Assembly (NCBI GenBank): GCA_016432285.1 | Contig: CP066682.1 | Location: forward strand, 602,274-666,273 | Length of the DNA: 64,000 bases | Reading direction: 5' to 3' | Source: Candidatus Kaiserbacteria bacterium | GTDB taxonomy: Bacteria; Patescibacteriota; Minisyncoccia; Phycocordibacterales; UBA2100 | Shown here: positions 27,163 to 36,844 of the stretch, in pieces | Numbering within the stretch: position 1 is the stretch's first letter | Layout of the letters: the number at the start of each line of letters is the position of its first letter | Translations under genes and position numbers: made by a program | The notes under the pieces: generated by a model | Database searches by the model: none | The model's input: only the letters and a program-made list of their open reading frames with translations | What the model was told of the DNA's origin: nothing

Positions 27163-28527
27163 TTACCGTATGTATTCCTTGTGGAGAAGCTGCAACGCTT
27201 TCTCGGCGTCGCGTTCGTGGACGATAAAGGTGATGCTCACGGCGGACGAGGCCTGCGAGATCATCTCCACGTTGATGTCGCTCTTGCCGAGCGCGGTAAA
27301 CATCTTCCCAGCCACGCCCGCCGCGTTGATGCCTCCACCGACAGCGCACACGATCGCCTTGTGCTGCTCGATGTGCACGCGGCCGAGCGTCGCCAGCTCC
27401 GCGATGATCTGCGGGAGATGTTGCTGACTATCAATCGTGAGCGAGACCGAAGTGACGGAGGTGGCGACCACGTCGACGCTCGTGCGATATTTCTCGAAGA
27501 TGCGGAAAATGGCGGCCATGAGACCGTTGGCGTCGAAGAGCTCTGGCGAATGTATGTGCACGATCGTGATCGGACGCTTGAAGGTAAGAGCGTCGACCGT
27601 GTGGCTCTTCACTTTGCGCTTTGCGAAATCCGCCACGATCGTCGTGCCGCGATCCTTCGGCCTGAACGTGTTCAGCACCTTCACCGGAATCCCCTCCCGC
27701 ATCGCCGGGAGAATCGTCTTGGGGTGCAGCACCTTGGCGCCGAAGTACGCAAGCTCGCCCGCCTCCTCAAACGCCAGCTCGGGCACCACCTTCGCATTCT
27801 TCACGAGCCGCGGGTCGGCGGTCATGACACCGGAGACGTCGGTCCAGATCTCGATCGCTTTTGCCTTGAGAGCCGCTCCGAAGATCGCGCCGCTGTAATC
27901 GCTCCCGCCGCGGCCGATCGTCGTCGTTTTTTTATCCTCCGTGGCGCCGATGAAGCCTGTTACCACCTGCAACTTTTTGTGTTTTTTGAAATAGGCGGCG
28001 ATTTGCCTGTTGGTCGTTTTAAAATCCACCGCCGCAGAGCCGAAGTTCGCATCCGTGCGCACTACGTGCCGCGCGTTGAGGTACTCGGCGGGCACGCCCT
28101 TGTCGTTGAGGGCTTCGGTCAGGATGTGTGCCGAGAGCCGTTCGCCGTAGCTCATCACATAATCGAGTGCCTGCGGTGAGACGTCGCGCACCAGTTCCAC
28201 CCCCTTGAGGGCATCCGCAAGGTAGCGGAACATCTTCTCCACCTCCTTGTGCGCTTTCACGCGATTTTTCGCGCTCACGAGATCGTCGACGGCCTTGAGG
28301 TGCCGCACGCGCACTTCCTCCAAGAGAGCCTTGTAGGCTTTGTGCTCCGCCGCCTCATGCGCGATTTTGATGAGCGTGTTCGTAACGCCGTTCATGGCCG
28401 AAACGACGACGGCGCGGACAGCCGCGTCTTTTTGGGGCTTTCGCACGATCTCGATCACCTGCCGCATCGCCTCCGCGGTTCCCATGGAGGTACCGCCAAA
28501 TTTGAGGACCTTCACGCTTGTGCCCAT
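27163..28527 (-). CDS. lysC: Aspartate kinase with ACT domains
   Basis: KFGGTS, VVSAM, GRGGSDYS, TDVSGVMTADP, GAKVLHP. Confidence 0.95.
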   Translation of the reverse strand: MGTSVKVLKFGGTSMGTAEAMRQVIEIVRKPQKDAAVRAVVVSAMNGVTNTLIKIAHEAAEHKAYKALLEEVRVRHLKAVDDLVSAKNRVKAHKEVEKMFRYLADALKGVELVRDVSPQALDYVMSYGERLSAHILTEALNDKGVPAEYLNARHVVRTDANFGSAAVDFKTTNRQIAAYFKKHKKLQVVTGFIGATEDKKTTTIGRGGSDYSGAIFGAALKAKAIEIWTDVSGVMTADPRLVKNAKVVPELAFEEAGELAYFGAKVLHPKTILPAMREGIPVKVLNTFRPKDRGTTIVADFAKRKVKSHTVDALTFKRPITIVHIHSPELFDANGLMAAIFRIFEKYRTSVDVVATSVTSVSLTIDSQQHLPQIIAELATLGRVHIEQHKAIVCAVGGGINAAGVAGKMFTALGKSDINVEMISQASSAVSITFIVHERDAEKALQLLHKEYIR

Positions 28528-28567
28528 AGTTCACGCACGCTAACAGGGGGCCCCGCAGCTGTCAAAA

Positions 28568-29434
28568 CTAGAAATTGAGGTCGCGGATGATCTCCGCGTC
28601 GATCTCGCTGAAATTCGTCGGCCTGATTGCGCCCCAGAAGCGCACCATATCTCCCTCCGCAAAGCGTTTGAGGCTTGTGGCAGCCTTCGACTTGCTTAGG
28701 ACGAACGCTTTCGCGTTGAGGTACACGGTGTAGTCGGTGCCGTCGACGGCGACTACGACGGTGATTGGCAGCGTTGTGCCCGAAATGCTCTTCAACGTCC
28801 CCTGAAAGTTCTTCGGTTTGAAGCGCGACGTGTCCTGGTAGATCTCCACCTCCTGTGCTTGAAGCTTTTGCGATTCGTAGTCGTACACGCCCGCAATCGA
28901 AACCACCCGATCGCCCACCGCGATCTCGCCAAACTCAATCTGCCGCGCACCCTTCTTGATCGACACCGAGGCGGAAATCACCACCGACGTTTCTCCGAAC
29001 ACGGAGTTGGGTACCACAATGCTGCGCTCAGTGGCGTTGACGCTCTTTACCGTGCCCGAGATTTTCTTGGACTCCTTGATGAGGGCGATGTCGCGAATCT
29101 TCGTCGCGTTCACCATGATGCTGTCCGCGCCCGAGGCGAGCTTGCCCTCGACATCGATCACGTGCTTCTCGAGTATGTCGGCCGTCGTCGCGCGCTCGCC
29201 GTAGTTTTTGGTAATCATCGTCGAGGTGCCGACGAGCACCGTCACGCGGATGAAGGCGTTGCCCCAGATCGCACGCGTAAAAAGATTACCCCCCGATTTC
29301 TGGAGGATCGTGAGATTCTTTCCCAAAAATTCTCCGCTCGGAGTGATGGTGATTTGCGAATCAGCGCTCGCGAGGAGTGGGAGCACGAGGGCCGTGAGCA
29401 GCGCGGCTGCGGCCGATCCGTAGGCTTTTTTCAT
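28568..29434 (-). CDS. Secreted protein with three DUF5666-like repeats
   Basis: Signal peptide, repeated GTVKS...EIAVGDRV..G units. Confidence 0.7.
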   Translation of the reverse strand: MKKAYGSAAAALLTALVLPLLASADSQITITPSGEFLGKNLTILQKSGGNLFTRAIWGNAFIRVTVLVGTSTMITKNYGERATTADILEKHVIDVEGKLASGADSIMVNATKIRDIALIKESKKISGTVKSVNATERSIVVPNSVFGETSVVISASVSIKKGARQIEFGEIAVGDRVVSIAGVYDYESQKLQAQEVEIYQDTSRFKPKNFQGTLKSISGTTLPITVVVAVDGTDYTVYLNAKAFVLSKSKAATSLKRFAEGDMVRFWGAIRPTNFSEIDAEIIRDLNF

Positions 29435-29470
29435 GCGGCTGAATATAGCAGCTTCGTGGCGAGCCGACAA

Positions 29471-29905
29471 TTAGCCCTGCGGCGGTGGCGAGAGTCTGAA
29501 TATTTCTTTGAAATTGCCGCGAAAGCCTTGCACCTCCGCGCTACCCTCCTCCACGTCGCCCGATTTCGCGACCGGGTACTCGCCGCCCTCGTCGAACACT
29601 CCGATCTCCGTGCCCCCGCCGGCCCACCAGCAGATCACACCGGAGAGCTCCTTTTCAAGGAGCTGCCAGTCGGAGTTTTCGATCACGAAGCAGTTTCCCT
29701 CGTACTCGCCCGCAGAAAAGATGGAGCCGCGGTACGTAAGCGCGATCGCCGTCCGCGGTACCTCGCCCGTCTCGGGAAGCTCGGTGAGCTTCCACTCGAA
29801 CTTTCCTGCTCCCGTTTGCTGCGGAGCAACGCTAAAAAAGTACAAGAAACCGGCGACCGCCGCGAGAGCGGCGACCGCCATGACCCATCGCGCGGTGTTG
29901 TTCAT
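29471..29905 (-). CDS. Membrane-anchored hypothetical protein
   Basis: N-terminal TM, GNC...CWWAGGG; TATACT-6-ATG. Confidence 0.75.
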   Translation of the reverse strand: MNNTARWVMAVAALAAVAGFLYFFSVAPQQTGAGKFEWKLTELPETGEVPRTAIALTYRGSIFSAGEYEGNCFVIENSDWQLLEKELSGVICWWAGGGTEIGVFDEGGEYPVAKSGDVEEGSAEVQGFRGNFKEIFRLSPPPQG

Positions 29906-29973
29906 GGCGAAAGTATAGCACCGCGCCCATCAGTGGCCGCCAACGAGCGGCGCACACGAGCGGTGCAATTCTC

Positions 29974-30165
29974 TTAAGCTCGGCGGCCCGATGCCTGTCC
30001 GCCTTTTCTGCCGGCTGCGGCCGCGCGCTGGGGGTTGTTGGCGAAGTTGCCGGGATTATTCTCCCTCCCCTGACTCTGTCCGCCCTTGCTTGCGATCTGA
30101 CGCTGCTTATCCGGGTCCATCGCCGCAAAACCGCGATTGCTTTTTCCTTGTGAATCCATGGCCAT
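29974..30165 (-). CDS. KGG-motif stress-induced protein
   Basis: RGFAAMDPDKQRQIASKGGQ, GNFANNPQRAAAAGRKGGQ. Confidence 0.9.
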   Translation of the reverse strand: MAMDSQGKSNRGFAAMDPDKQRQIASKGGQSQGRENNPGNFANNPQRAAAAGRKGGQASGRRA

Positions 30166-30333
30166 ACGTAAGAAGTGAATCGTTAGCTGCTAAAACCGTA
30201 ACGAACCTTCTCTTTTTTACTGATACGCCGTGAATGATCGGTTAAACGCCGCTTTGTGGCACGCAAAAAAAGAATGGGGAATTTATGAAGTTTGGACTCT
30301 AAAAACGGCTCCGCATACAATCGGATCTACTTC

Positions 30334-30975
30334 ATGGGAGCATCATTGTTTTCGTTGTATACCTTTGCGATCGCTGCGGCGATCGCCGTCTCCACGCCCG
30401 GCATGGCACCGCAGCTTCTGATTGCCGCCCCCACTCCTGCCGAGGCCTTCGTGAGCCCTCCGCAGCCCTCCTTTGAGCAGCTCTCGCGCGATCTAAGCGC
30501 CGCGATCGTCGAGGCGATGCCGGAGATTGCGGGCCCGCAGGACATGCCGGTGCGCGTGCGGATCCCCTCGATCAAGCTCGACTCCCCCATCGAGAATATG
30601 GGGATCAACGCAAAAGGCGAGATGGACGTGCCGGACGGCGCCACCAACAACGTCGGCTGGTACAAGGACGGTACCGTCCCCGGCTTTACGGGAAGCTCGG
30701 TCTTCGACGCGCACGTGTACGCCGCATTCGCGAAGCTGCGCTACGTCAAAGTCGGCGACGAAATCTTCGTCACCACGGCGGGCGGCAAAACGCTTCGCTT
30801 CGTCGTCTCGGATTCCCGTGTATACAAACTGAACGAGCTCACCTCCGACATGCTCTTCGCGCAGAAAGACGCGAAGCGCCTCAATCTCATCACCTGCGCA
30901 GGGAAATTCGTCAAAGCGATCGACACGTACGACAAACGCCTCGTCGTGTACGCGATCTTCACTGGAGAGATCTGA
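30334..30975 (+). CDS. Class F sortase
   Basis: RIPSI, VGWY...PG, AHV, LNLITC, YDKRLVV. Confidence 0.9.
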   Translation: MGASLFSLYTFAIAAAIAVSTPGMAPQLLIAAPTPAEAFVSPPQPSFEQLSRDLSAAIVEAMPEIAGPQDMPVRVRIPSIKLDSPIENMGINAKGEMDVPDGATNNVGWYKDGTVPGFTGSSVFDAHVYAAFAKLRYVKVGDEIFVTTAGGKTLRFVVSDSRVYKLNELTSDMLFAQKDAKRLNLITCAGKFVKAIDTYDKRLVVYAIFTGEI

Positions 30976-30984
30976 TCCCCCGCC

Positions 30985-31353
30985 TCAGGCCTCTACCTCG
31001 ACCGTGAACCCTCCGTACGCCATGCGCTTCATGTCGAAGGGCATGTCTTTCATCATGTCCTCTCCATATTTTTCCTCGAAGTGCGCCATCACCTTTTTAT
31101 TGACCGCGTCGCGGTGCGCCCGCGACTTGAAGACGATGAACGAAAACCACACGTTTTCCGTTGGCTTCGCTTTTGCCATGATCGGGAACGTAAAAGAAAC
31201 CCACTGCGGTTTCTGGTCGTTGATCAGACATTCCTTGTAATCGAGCGCGCCGAATTTCTTCCACACCCTTGCCGCGTCTTTTGCCATCTTCCGATATTTT
31301 GCGGTATTTTTTTTCGGAACCGTCAGCACGAACCCATCAACGTATTTGGCCAT
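30985..31353 (-). CDS. DUF1428 (YbaA-like) protein
   Basis: YVDGFV, GALDYKEC, MPFDMKRMAYGGF. Confidence 0.92.
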   Translation of the reverse strand: MAKYVDGFVLTVPKKNTAKYRKMAKDAARVWKKFGALDYKECLINDQKPQWVSFTFPIMAKAKPTENVWFSFIVFKSRAHRDAVNKKVMAHFEEKYGEDMMKDMPFDMKRMAYGGFTVEVEA

Positions 31354-31468
31354 AGCATTTATTTACTCGCGAGTAAAAGCGCATGTTCGCCCGAAAACAT
31401 TAATTTGTCATGAGGTTTAATCGCCGCAAAAGTTTGTTAGTATCCAAGGGACCGCGCGAGCGGACTTT

Positions 31469-31539
31469 TGCCGGATCGTCTAACGGTAGGACACCGCCCT
31501 TTGGAGGCGGGTATCTTGGTTCGAATCCAAGTCCGGCAA
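31469..31539 (+). tRNA. tRNA-Gln(TTG)
   Basis: TGCCGGA/TCCGGCA acceptor, CCGCC-CT-TTG-GA-GGCGG, GGTTCGAATCC. Confidence 0.95.
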
Positions 31540-31621
31540 CAAAAAATTAGGAACTTTTGACAATCAGATCAGACGGGTGTTTGCTGGCGCGCGGGAGGCA
31601 TTTCGCCTCGGAGGATTAACC

Positions 31622-32062
31622 ATGACGCATGCTCTGACGGCTCAGGCTGCACAAGCAACTCTCGGCCCATTCCAGCAGGCGGCGAACAGGCTGAAACAGT
31701 TCGCAGTCGACTGCAAGGTTCCGAACGCCGCTAAGATCAAATTCGATGGGCAACTTGACCTCGAATGGAAGAAGGCGTTGGAGATGATTTTCATTGACAA
31801 CGTTCTTCGACGAAGATTCGACTATGGGGTTTTGCGCGAGGTTCGCGATTCTCTCGTTCCGATCATGGGGCGCTGGAGTTTTGTCGGCGATATCGGGCAG
31901 AACGCGGGGCATTACCAGTTTCTGGGACTTGTCCGGCGAATGGCGCAAACAGAAGCACGACTCAATATCGTGCGCTGGAACGCCCAACGCGACAAACTAA
32001 GAGCAGAACTCCATCGTTTGACCGACTGGCGTGCCATCAACAATCTATTATCCTGGGATTGA
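31622..32062 (+). CDS. Hypothetical protein
   Basis: GGAGG SD; followed by GCAGCGAGG/CCTCGCTGC hairpin and T-run. Confidence 0.65.
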   Translation: MTHALTAQAAQATLGPFQQAANRLKQFAVDCKVPNAAKIKFDGQLDLEWKKALEMIFIDNVLRRRFDYGVLREVRDSLVPIMGRWSFVGDIGQNAGHYQFLGLVRRMAQTEARLNIVRWNAQRDKLRAELHRLTDWRAINNLLSWD

Positions 32063-32183
32063 CGAGTGGGCGCGAACGCAGCGAGGCTCCGCAAGGGTCC
32101 TCGCTGCAATTTTTAATTTGCATTCTCCTCCATTCGTGCCAAAGAGGTCGACGTCAAACCAAACACGCAACACGAATAACCAA

Positions 32184-32921
32184 TTACTCGACGCGGGTGT
32201 AGGTGAGCACGCCGCCGCGGTCCATATAGATCAGCTCAAGCTGATCGGGCGTCATTTTCGTCACTTTGAAGTTCAGATTGTCGGCCTGCGTGCCGCTCAT
32301 CGTAAGCTGGAGGTATGCGGTGTCTGGCTCGATCGGAAAGGCGACCGTAACGGGCTTTTCTTTCGTAAAGACCTTCCACGTGCCCGTAGAGACTGATTTA
32401 TTCTCGTACCAGTCTGTCACCGTGCCGTTTTCCATGAATATCCGCGCGGATTTCGGATCGTCCGTCGCTTGCCACTTGCCAAGAATGCTCTCGCTCACGA
32501 TAACCACGAGATCCTGCTGCAAGCCTCCACCTTCGCCCGGATCACCCCAGTTCCACGGCGCCATGTCGGTGCTCGGCTTCGGATTGCAGACGGCCATCTT
32601 CTCCCCCACCGTCAGTTGCACTTCTTCACCTGCCCCGGAGAAAACGACGAGCGGGCCCGTTGTGGTCTCAAAGTGCGCGGCGTCGCCCATCTTGGCGAGT
32701 TTGATCGTGCCTGTGAACAGAGCCTGCGCCCCGGCCTCAAGCGTGATCTCGCTCACATCGGCCGAAGGACTCATGGAGAACTCCGAGCCGTTGTCGCAGA
32801 CGTAGGCGTATGTCCCCATGTCAGAGTTCATCGCAGCGTCCTGCGTCTTGGTGCTCTGGAGATACCACAGCACACCACCGATAATCACGATCGCGCCCAA
32901 AACCCATGTGAAGATTTTCAT
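32184..32921 (-). CDS. Membrane-anchored protein with MliC-like and lipocalin-like beta domains
   Basis: N-terminal TM, YVCDNGSEF...VC, ILGKWQ; TATCCT-6-ATG. Confidence 0.65.
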   Translation of the reverse strand: MKIFTWVLGAIVIIGGVLWYLQSTKTQDAAMNSDMGTYAYVCDNGSEFSMSPSADVSEITLEAGAQALFTGTIKLAKMGDAAHFETTTGPLVVFSGAGEEVQLTVGEKMAVCNPKPSTDMAPWNWGDPGEGGGLQQDLVVIVSESILGKWQATDDPKSARIFMENGTVTDWYENKSVSTGTWKVFTKEKPVTVAFPIEPDTAYLQLTMSGTQADNLNFKVTKMTPDQLELIYMDRGGVLTYTRVE

Positions 32922-32941
32922 ACCCGCAGGATAGCGCCCCT

Positions 32942-33988
32942 TCACGCGGCGTCAATGCCCTTTTTGGTGATGTCGAGTATCGCGAGCTCGAGCGGCAGGT
33001 GTGGCACGGCTGCGTACGCCATGGTGGCGTATGCGTCGAGGAGCGCACGCAGCGTGTCGGAAGTGATCCCCGGATCCTTCGAGAGCTCCGTGCTAAGCGC
33101 GAGATCGGCTTCCGAGAGCTCGCGCGAGAAGGAGGCGGCGAGCTCGGGTGCGTACCGCAGAAGCAGCACCGCCCGCGTGCGGTGGATGAGGAGCTTCGCG
33201 AGCATGCGTGCATCGAGGTTTTCCGCAATTGCCCCTTCCAGCGTGCCGAGCGCCGCCGCTGTATCTTTTTTCACGATTGCCGAAAGTATCTGTCGCACGA
33301 TTTCGCCCCGTGGTGCGCCAGAGACCATCTCGACTTCGCTCACGTCGATCTTCTTGTCTTTCGACACCGCAAGCACCTTCTGGAGGATCGAGAGGGCGTC
33401 GCGGAAGGAGCCTTCCGCAAGAAGCGCCACGAGCTCGGCGGCTGATTTCTCGAGCGCGTATCCCTCCTTCTTGGCGATGTCGCTCACGATCTCCGAAAGA
33501 ATCTCGCGCGACGGCTGCTTGAAGGAATAGATCTCGCAGCGCGACTGGATGGTTTCCGGCACTTTATCGCGCTCGGTCGTCGCGAGCACGAAAATCGCGT
33601 GCGCGGGCGGCTCCTCGAGCGTTTTTAGGAAGGCGTTCCACGCGTCTTTCGTGAGCATGTGCGCCTCGTCGATGATGTAAAACTTGTACGGCGATTCAAA
33701 GGGCATGGCGAAGACACCCTCCCGCAGCTCGCGGATGTCGTCGATGCCGCGATTCGACGCCGCGTCGATTTCGTAGAGATCCTTTGCCGAGACGCCGAGC
33801 TCGCTCGCGAGGATGCGCGCCACCGAGGTCTTCCCTGTTCCCCTGCTTCCCGCAAAGAGGTAGGCATGCGCGAGGCGCTTGTTCTTGATCGCCTTTTTCA
33901 AGACGTCGGTCACGTGCGCTTGTCCGCGGACCTGCTCGAAACTGTCGGGGCGGTAGGTGCGGTACAAAACCCCGCGGCTCTCTTTCAT
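32942..33988 (-). CDS. dnaX: DNA polymerase III subunit gamma/tau (short)
   Basis: YRTYRP, GSRGTGKTS, EIDAASNRG, IIDEAHML, LKTLEEPP, SRC. Confidence 0.96.
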   Translation of the reverse strand: MKESRGVLYRTYRPDSFEQVRGQAHVTDVLKKAIKNKRLAHAYLFAGSRGTGKTSVARILASELGVSAKDLYEIDAASNRGIDDIRELREGVFAMPFESPYKFYIIDEAHMLTKDAWNAFLKTLEEPPAHAIFVLATTERDKVPETIQSRCEIYSFKQPSREILSEIVSDIAKKEGYALEKSAAELVALLAEGSFRDALSILQKVLAVSKDKKIDVSEVEMVSGAPRGEIVRQILSAIVKKDTAAALGTLEGAIAENLDARMLAKLLIHRTRAVLLLRYAPELAASFSRELSEADLALSTELSKDPGITSDTLRALLDAYATMAYAAVPHLPLELAILDITKKGIDAA

Positions 33989-34000
33989 GCGCAGCAGTAT

Positions 34001-34030
34001 AACAAAACCCCGGCCGGAAAGCCGAGGGGT
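34001..34030 (-). terminator. Intrinsic terminator
   Basis: CCCCTCGGC...GCCGGGG followed by TTTTGTT on the minus strand. Confidence 0.6.
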
Positions 34031-34101
34031 GAGAACGACACAGAGTCGTCTCTTGGAGGTGGGCCCGAGGGCCGAACAACGAAGAGCTCTTGTAGGCGCT
34101 C

Positions 34102-34311
34102 TTATTTTACAGTGTCCGCGCAGATGGCGCGTGACTCGGCGTCGAGGCGGACGCGGACGCTTGACTGGCCTCGCCAGTGCGCGACGCGCGCGGCGCGATC
34201 CAGCACGTGCAGGTGCGACTGCACGACGGACGAATGCCTCAGAAAAAAGGCGATATCGGGAATCATGATCTCCTCACCCGATGATTGGATGCCGTTTAGC
34301 GCAAGGTTCAA
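34102..34311 (-). CDS. Small hypothetical protein
   Basis: GGGAGG SD before TTG. Confidence 0.45.
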   Translation of the reverse strand: MNLALNGIQSSGEEIMIPDIAFFLRHSSVVQSHLHVLDRAARVAHWRGQSSVRVRLDAESRAICADTVK

Positions 34312-34433
34312 GGTATCCTCCCGTTTCCTGTGATTGTTGACTCACGCACGCGGTACGCCAGAAATAGGAACAACTTCACTTCGATCTTCTGTGTAGCACC
34401 TTTCAGATGTCTATTTGGTGAAGCGGCAAACAG

Positions 34434-34462
34434 AAAACCGGCGGCACTTCGTGCCGCCGGCC
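34434..34462 (-). terminator. Intrinsic terminator
   Basis: CCGGCGGCAC-TTC-GTGCCGCCGG stem, T-run on the minus strand. Confidence 0.75.
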
Positions 34463-34484
34463 AATGCTCTGTCATGTGGCTCAG

Positions 34485-34724
34485 TCATCCGACGAGCCAG
34501 CTCGCGAACTCAGGACTCTGGGAGCGGTGTTTTTCAACTTCCGCCAACGGAATGCTCATCAACTTCGCAACGTTGTCGACGGTAAGCCGAGCGCCCCGAA
34601 AATCGAGCACGATGAGCGCCGCGTTAAAGGGCGAAATCGTGTAGACCCTCTTGGGGTTCGATCTCATGGAGCGGCCAAAGAGCGGCGCTCGTGTCTCAGG
34701 TGTGAGCGGTTGGAAGCCAAGCAT
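34485..34724 (-). CDS. Small HTH-like hypothetical protein
   Basis: GAGGAGG SD; TVDNVAKLMSI...PEFASWL. Confidence 0.6.
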   Translation of the reverse strand: MLGFQPLTPETRAPLFGRSMRSNPKRVYTISPFNAALIVLDFRGARLTVDNVAKLMSIPLAEVEKHRSQSPEFASWLVG

Positions 34725-34815
34725 ATGATCCTCCTCTTTCAGATCGATACTAGGTGATGCGGAGACGACCTACTCTCTAGCATCCCAAAAGCCCTGTGTC
34801 TATCTCGTGAGCAAC

Positions 34816-34846
34816 AAAATCGGCCGGTGCAAGGACCGGCCGATAT
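34816..34846 (-). terminator. Intrinsic terminator
   Basis: ATCGGCCGGT/ACCGGCCGAT stem plus T-run on the minus strand. Confidence 0.7.
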
Positions 34847-34853
34847 GCCGCAG

Positions 34854-35396
34854 CTACTTCTTGAGGGTCAGTGTAACGGGTGGCGGAGCGTCCAAGAGTT
34901 GCGAGGCGAAGAGCGGATTGCTCGTCGCATACGTCTTGATCACGAATGGCGTCACGCCGGCGGCTGCGGCGACGTTGCTGACGGTACGCTCGGGAAGTGG
35001 GAGCTTCGCGAGCGCTTCCGCATAACGACGCGCAATAATTTCCCTTAGTTCCGCGTCGCTTCGGATCTGGATCTGTTCCCTTTTTTTGGGCTCATCGATC
35101 CTGCGCGATTGGACAGGGGAGCGCTTCGCCCTTCGGTACGCCGCCTCCGCCTCCTCGCCGATGCAGATCGTCCGAATCCTCCCCAAATCCGCCGGCTCGA
35201 GGCTCGTGAGAAAGTTGTAAACGATGTAGCCGGACGCGAGGCCGCAGCGCTTGTACACGCGGCGCGCAAACTTTGTCCGCCAGTCCCAAGGCTCCATAAA
35301 GCCCTCGGAGCGGCACTCCTGCGCGACGATCGTGAGGGTTTTCACGCGGTCTGCGTAGCGTTCGCCAAAAACAAGTCGGGAAGCATGCGTGTTCAT
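34854..35396 (-). CDS. Hypothetical protein with C-terminal HTH-like segment
   Basis: GGAGGAG SD; TVSNVAAAAGV...PLFASQL. Confidence 0.62.
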   Translation of the reverse strand: MNTHASRLVFGERYADRVKTLTIVAQECRSEGFMEPWDWRTKFARRVYKRCGLASGYIVYNFLTSLEPADLGRIRTICIGEEAEAAYRRAKRSPVQSRRIDEPKKREQIQIRSDAELREIIARRYAEALAKLPLPERTVSNVAAAAGVTPFVIKTYATSNPLFASQLLDAPPPVTLTLKK

Positions 35397-35420
35397 TGGT
35401 GTCTCCTCCAACAACGCGAC

Positions 35421-36437
35421 TCACGCGTTGATTTCCGATGACACTATAGCTTCCAGTTCTGCCACCGCAAGTTCCGTGAGGAGCAACTCCTTTGCGGCGG
35501 CCGCCGATTCAGTCTCCATCAAAAGCGTTCGAAGATCCTTGGCACCAGCCCATCCGGAAATGTACGCCTTGAAATGCTTTTTCATCACCGCGTAGTTGGT
35601 CGTATCGCCAAGCAGCTCCTCAAAGAGATTGAGATGCTCGATCAGTGCCCTGATGTTCCGCTGCGGAACATTCTCACATTCTTGAGAATGTGAGAATAAC
35701 CACGGCGTACCGAAGATGGCGCGGCCAAGCATCACGCCGTCGCAGCCGCTTTCGGCGGCTTTCTTTTGCGCGTCCTCCATATTCTCCACGTCGCCGTTGC
35801 CGATGATCAGCGTCCTCGTCGAGGCCTCGCCTTGACGATTGTTGCGAATGGCGACAGCCCGCTTGATGTGATCCCACCGCGCGGGCACGTCCGACATTTC
35901 CTTGCGAGTGCGGGCGTGAATGGCGATCGCGGCAGGCGCTTCTGCGAGCAGCTCCGGCAGCCAGGATTCGAGCTCGTCTTTGTTGTAGCCGATCCGCGTC
36001 TTCAGCGAGACGGGCAGACCCGGAGCGCCGCGCTTTGCGGCCCGTAAGAGCTCCCTCGCAAGCGCCGGATGCTTGATGAGCGCCGCGCCGCAGCCACTTT
36101 TTTCTACCGCCCTGTCCGGACAGCCCATGTTGATGTCTACGCCGTCGAAGCCAAGCTCCCCGATAATCGCCGCCACGCGCTCCAGGGTATCGGGCACTGA
36201 GGTAAACACTTGCGCGACGATCGGCCGTTCCGATTCGGAGTAGAGCAGCTTCTTCAGGAGTTTCTGCTTCCCCTTTTCGTCAGCGAGCAAAAGGCCGTCG
36301 GCCGAAGTGAACTCGGTGTACATCACATCGGGCTTTCCGCACGATGCGATCAAGCGCCTGAAGGCGGCGTCCGTTACGTCTTCAAGCGGAGCCAGCGCGA
36401 AAAAAGGCCGCGGGAGTCGCTGCCAAAAAGATTTCAT
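35421..36437 (-). CDS. dus: tRNA-dihydrouridine synthase
   Basis: LAPLEDVTD, DINMGCP, KTRIG, HART, GNGDV, GVMLGRA. Confidence 0.95.
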   Translation of the reverse strand: MKSFWQRLPRPFFALAPLEDVTDAAFRRLIASCGKPDVMYTEFTSADGLLLADEKGKQKLLKKLLYSESERPIVAQVFTSVPDTLERVAAIIGELGFDGVDINMGCPDRAVEKSGCGAALIKHPALARELLRAAKRGAPGLPVSLKTRIGYNKDELESWLPELLAEAPAAIAIHARTRKEMSDVPARWDHIKRAVAIRNNRQGEASTRTLIIGNGDVENMEDAQKKAAESGCDGVMLGRAIFGTPWLFSHSQECENVPQRNIRALIEHLNLFEELLGDTTNYAVMKKHFKAYISGWAGAKDLRTLLMETESAAAAKELLLTELAVAELEAIVSSEINA

Positions 36438-36558
36438 CGAAAGAATATAGCAGGTGCGTTCATTTTTTGACAGAAATTATGAAGAAACGCATAATCAGTC
36501 AGGACCGGGACATGTAGTGCGTTCCTTGTCCTCTTTGAAATCCAACGAGGAATGTGAA

Positions 36559-36798
36559 ATGGCGGATGATGACTCGAATCTCTGTTCGCTCCTGATCAGC
36601 TTTGGCTCTATCGCCAACCCGACGCCGCAACAGCTCGAATACCTGAAGGTGTTGCGGACGATGAGCCACGAGGCGCTGGGTCAGATCGTTCACACAAAGC
36701 TCCGGAAGTACCTGGAGCTCCACGGCGTGAAATGCTTCGAGGAAGCAAACATGGTGCTCCGACGGGCCGACTTCGCTGACGTCAGCGGGAAGCACTAA
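36559..36798 (+). CDS. Small hypothetical protein
   Basis: GAGG SD; followed by GGGCGGTC/GACCGCCC-TTTT terminator. Confidence 0.55.
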   Translation: MADDDSNLCSLLISFGSIANPTPQQLEYLKVLRTMSHEALGQIVHTKLRKYLELHGVKCFEEANMVLRRADFADVSGKH

Positions 36799-36844
36799 GA
36801 TCACCGGCAGAGAGAAGGGGCGGTCCTGCGCGACCGCCCTTTTC

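Noticed and set aside
26023-28179. Long antisense ORFs (718 aa here; also 22032-23612, 11910-13226, 39952-41436, 54927-56201)
   Set aside because: Shadow frames of GC3-rich genes with no recognisable motifs
33989-34101. SRP RNA or other ncRNA upstream of dnaX
   Set aside because: No SRP domain IV motif seen; the hairpin is explained as a terminator
34000-35420. Integron cassette array
   Set aside because: Hairpins look like terminators, not attC sites; no integrase in the window
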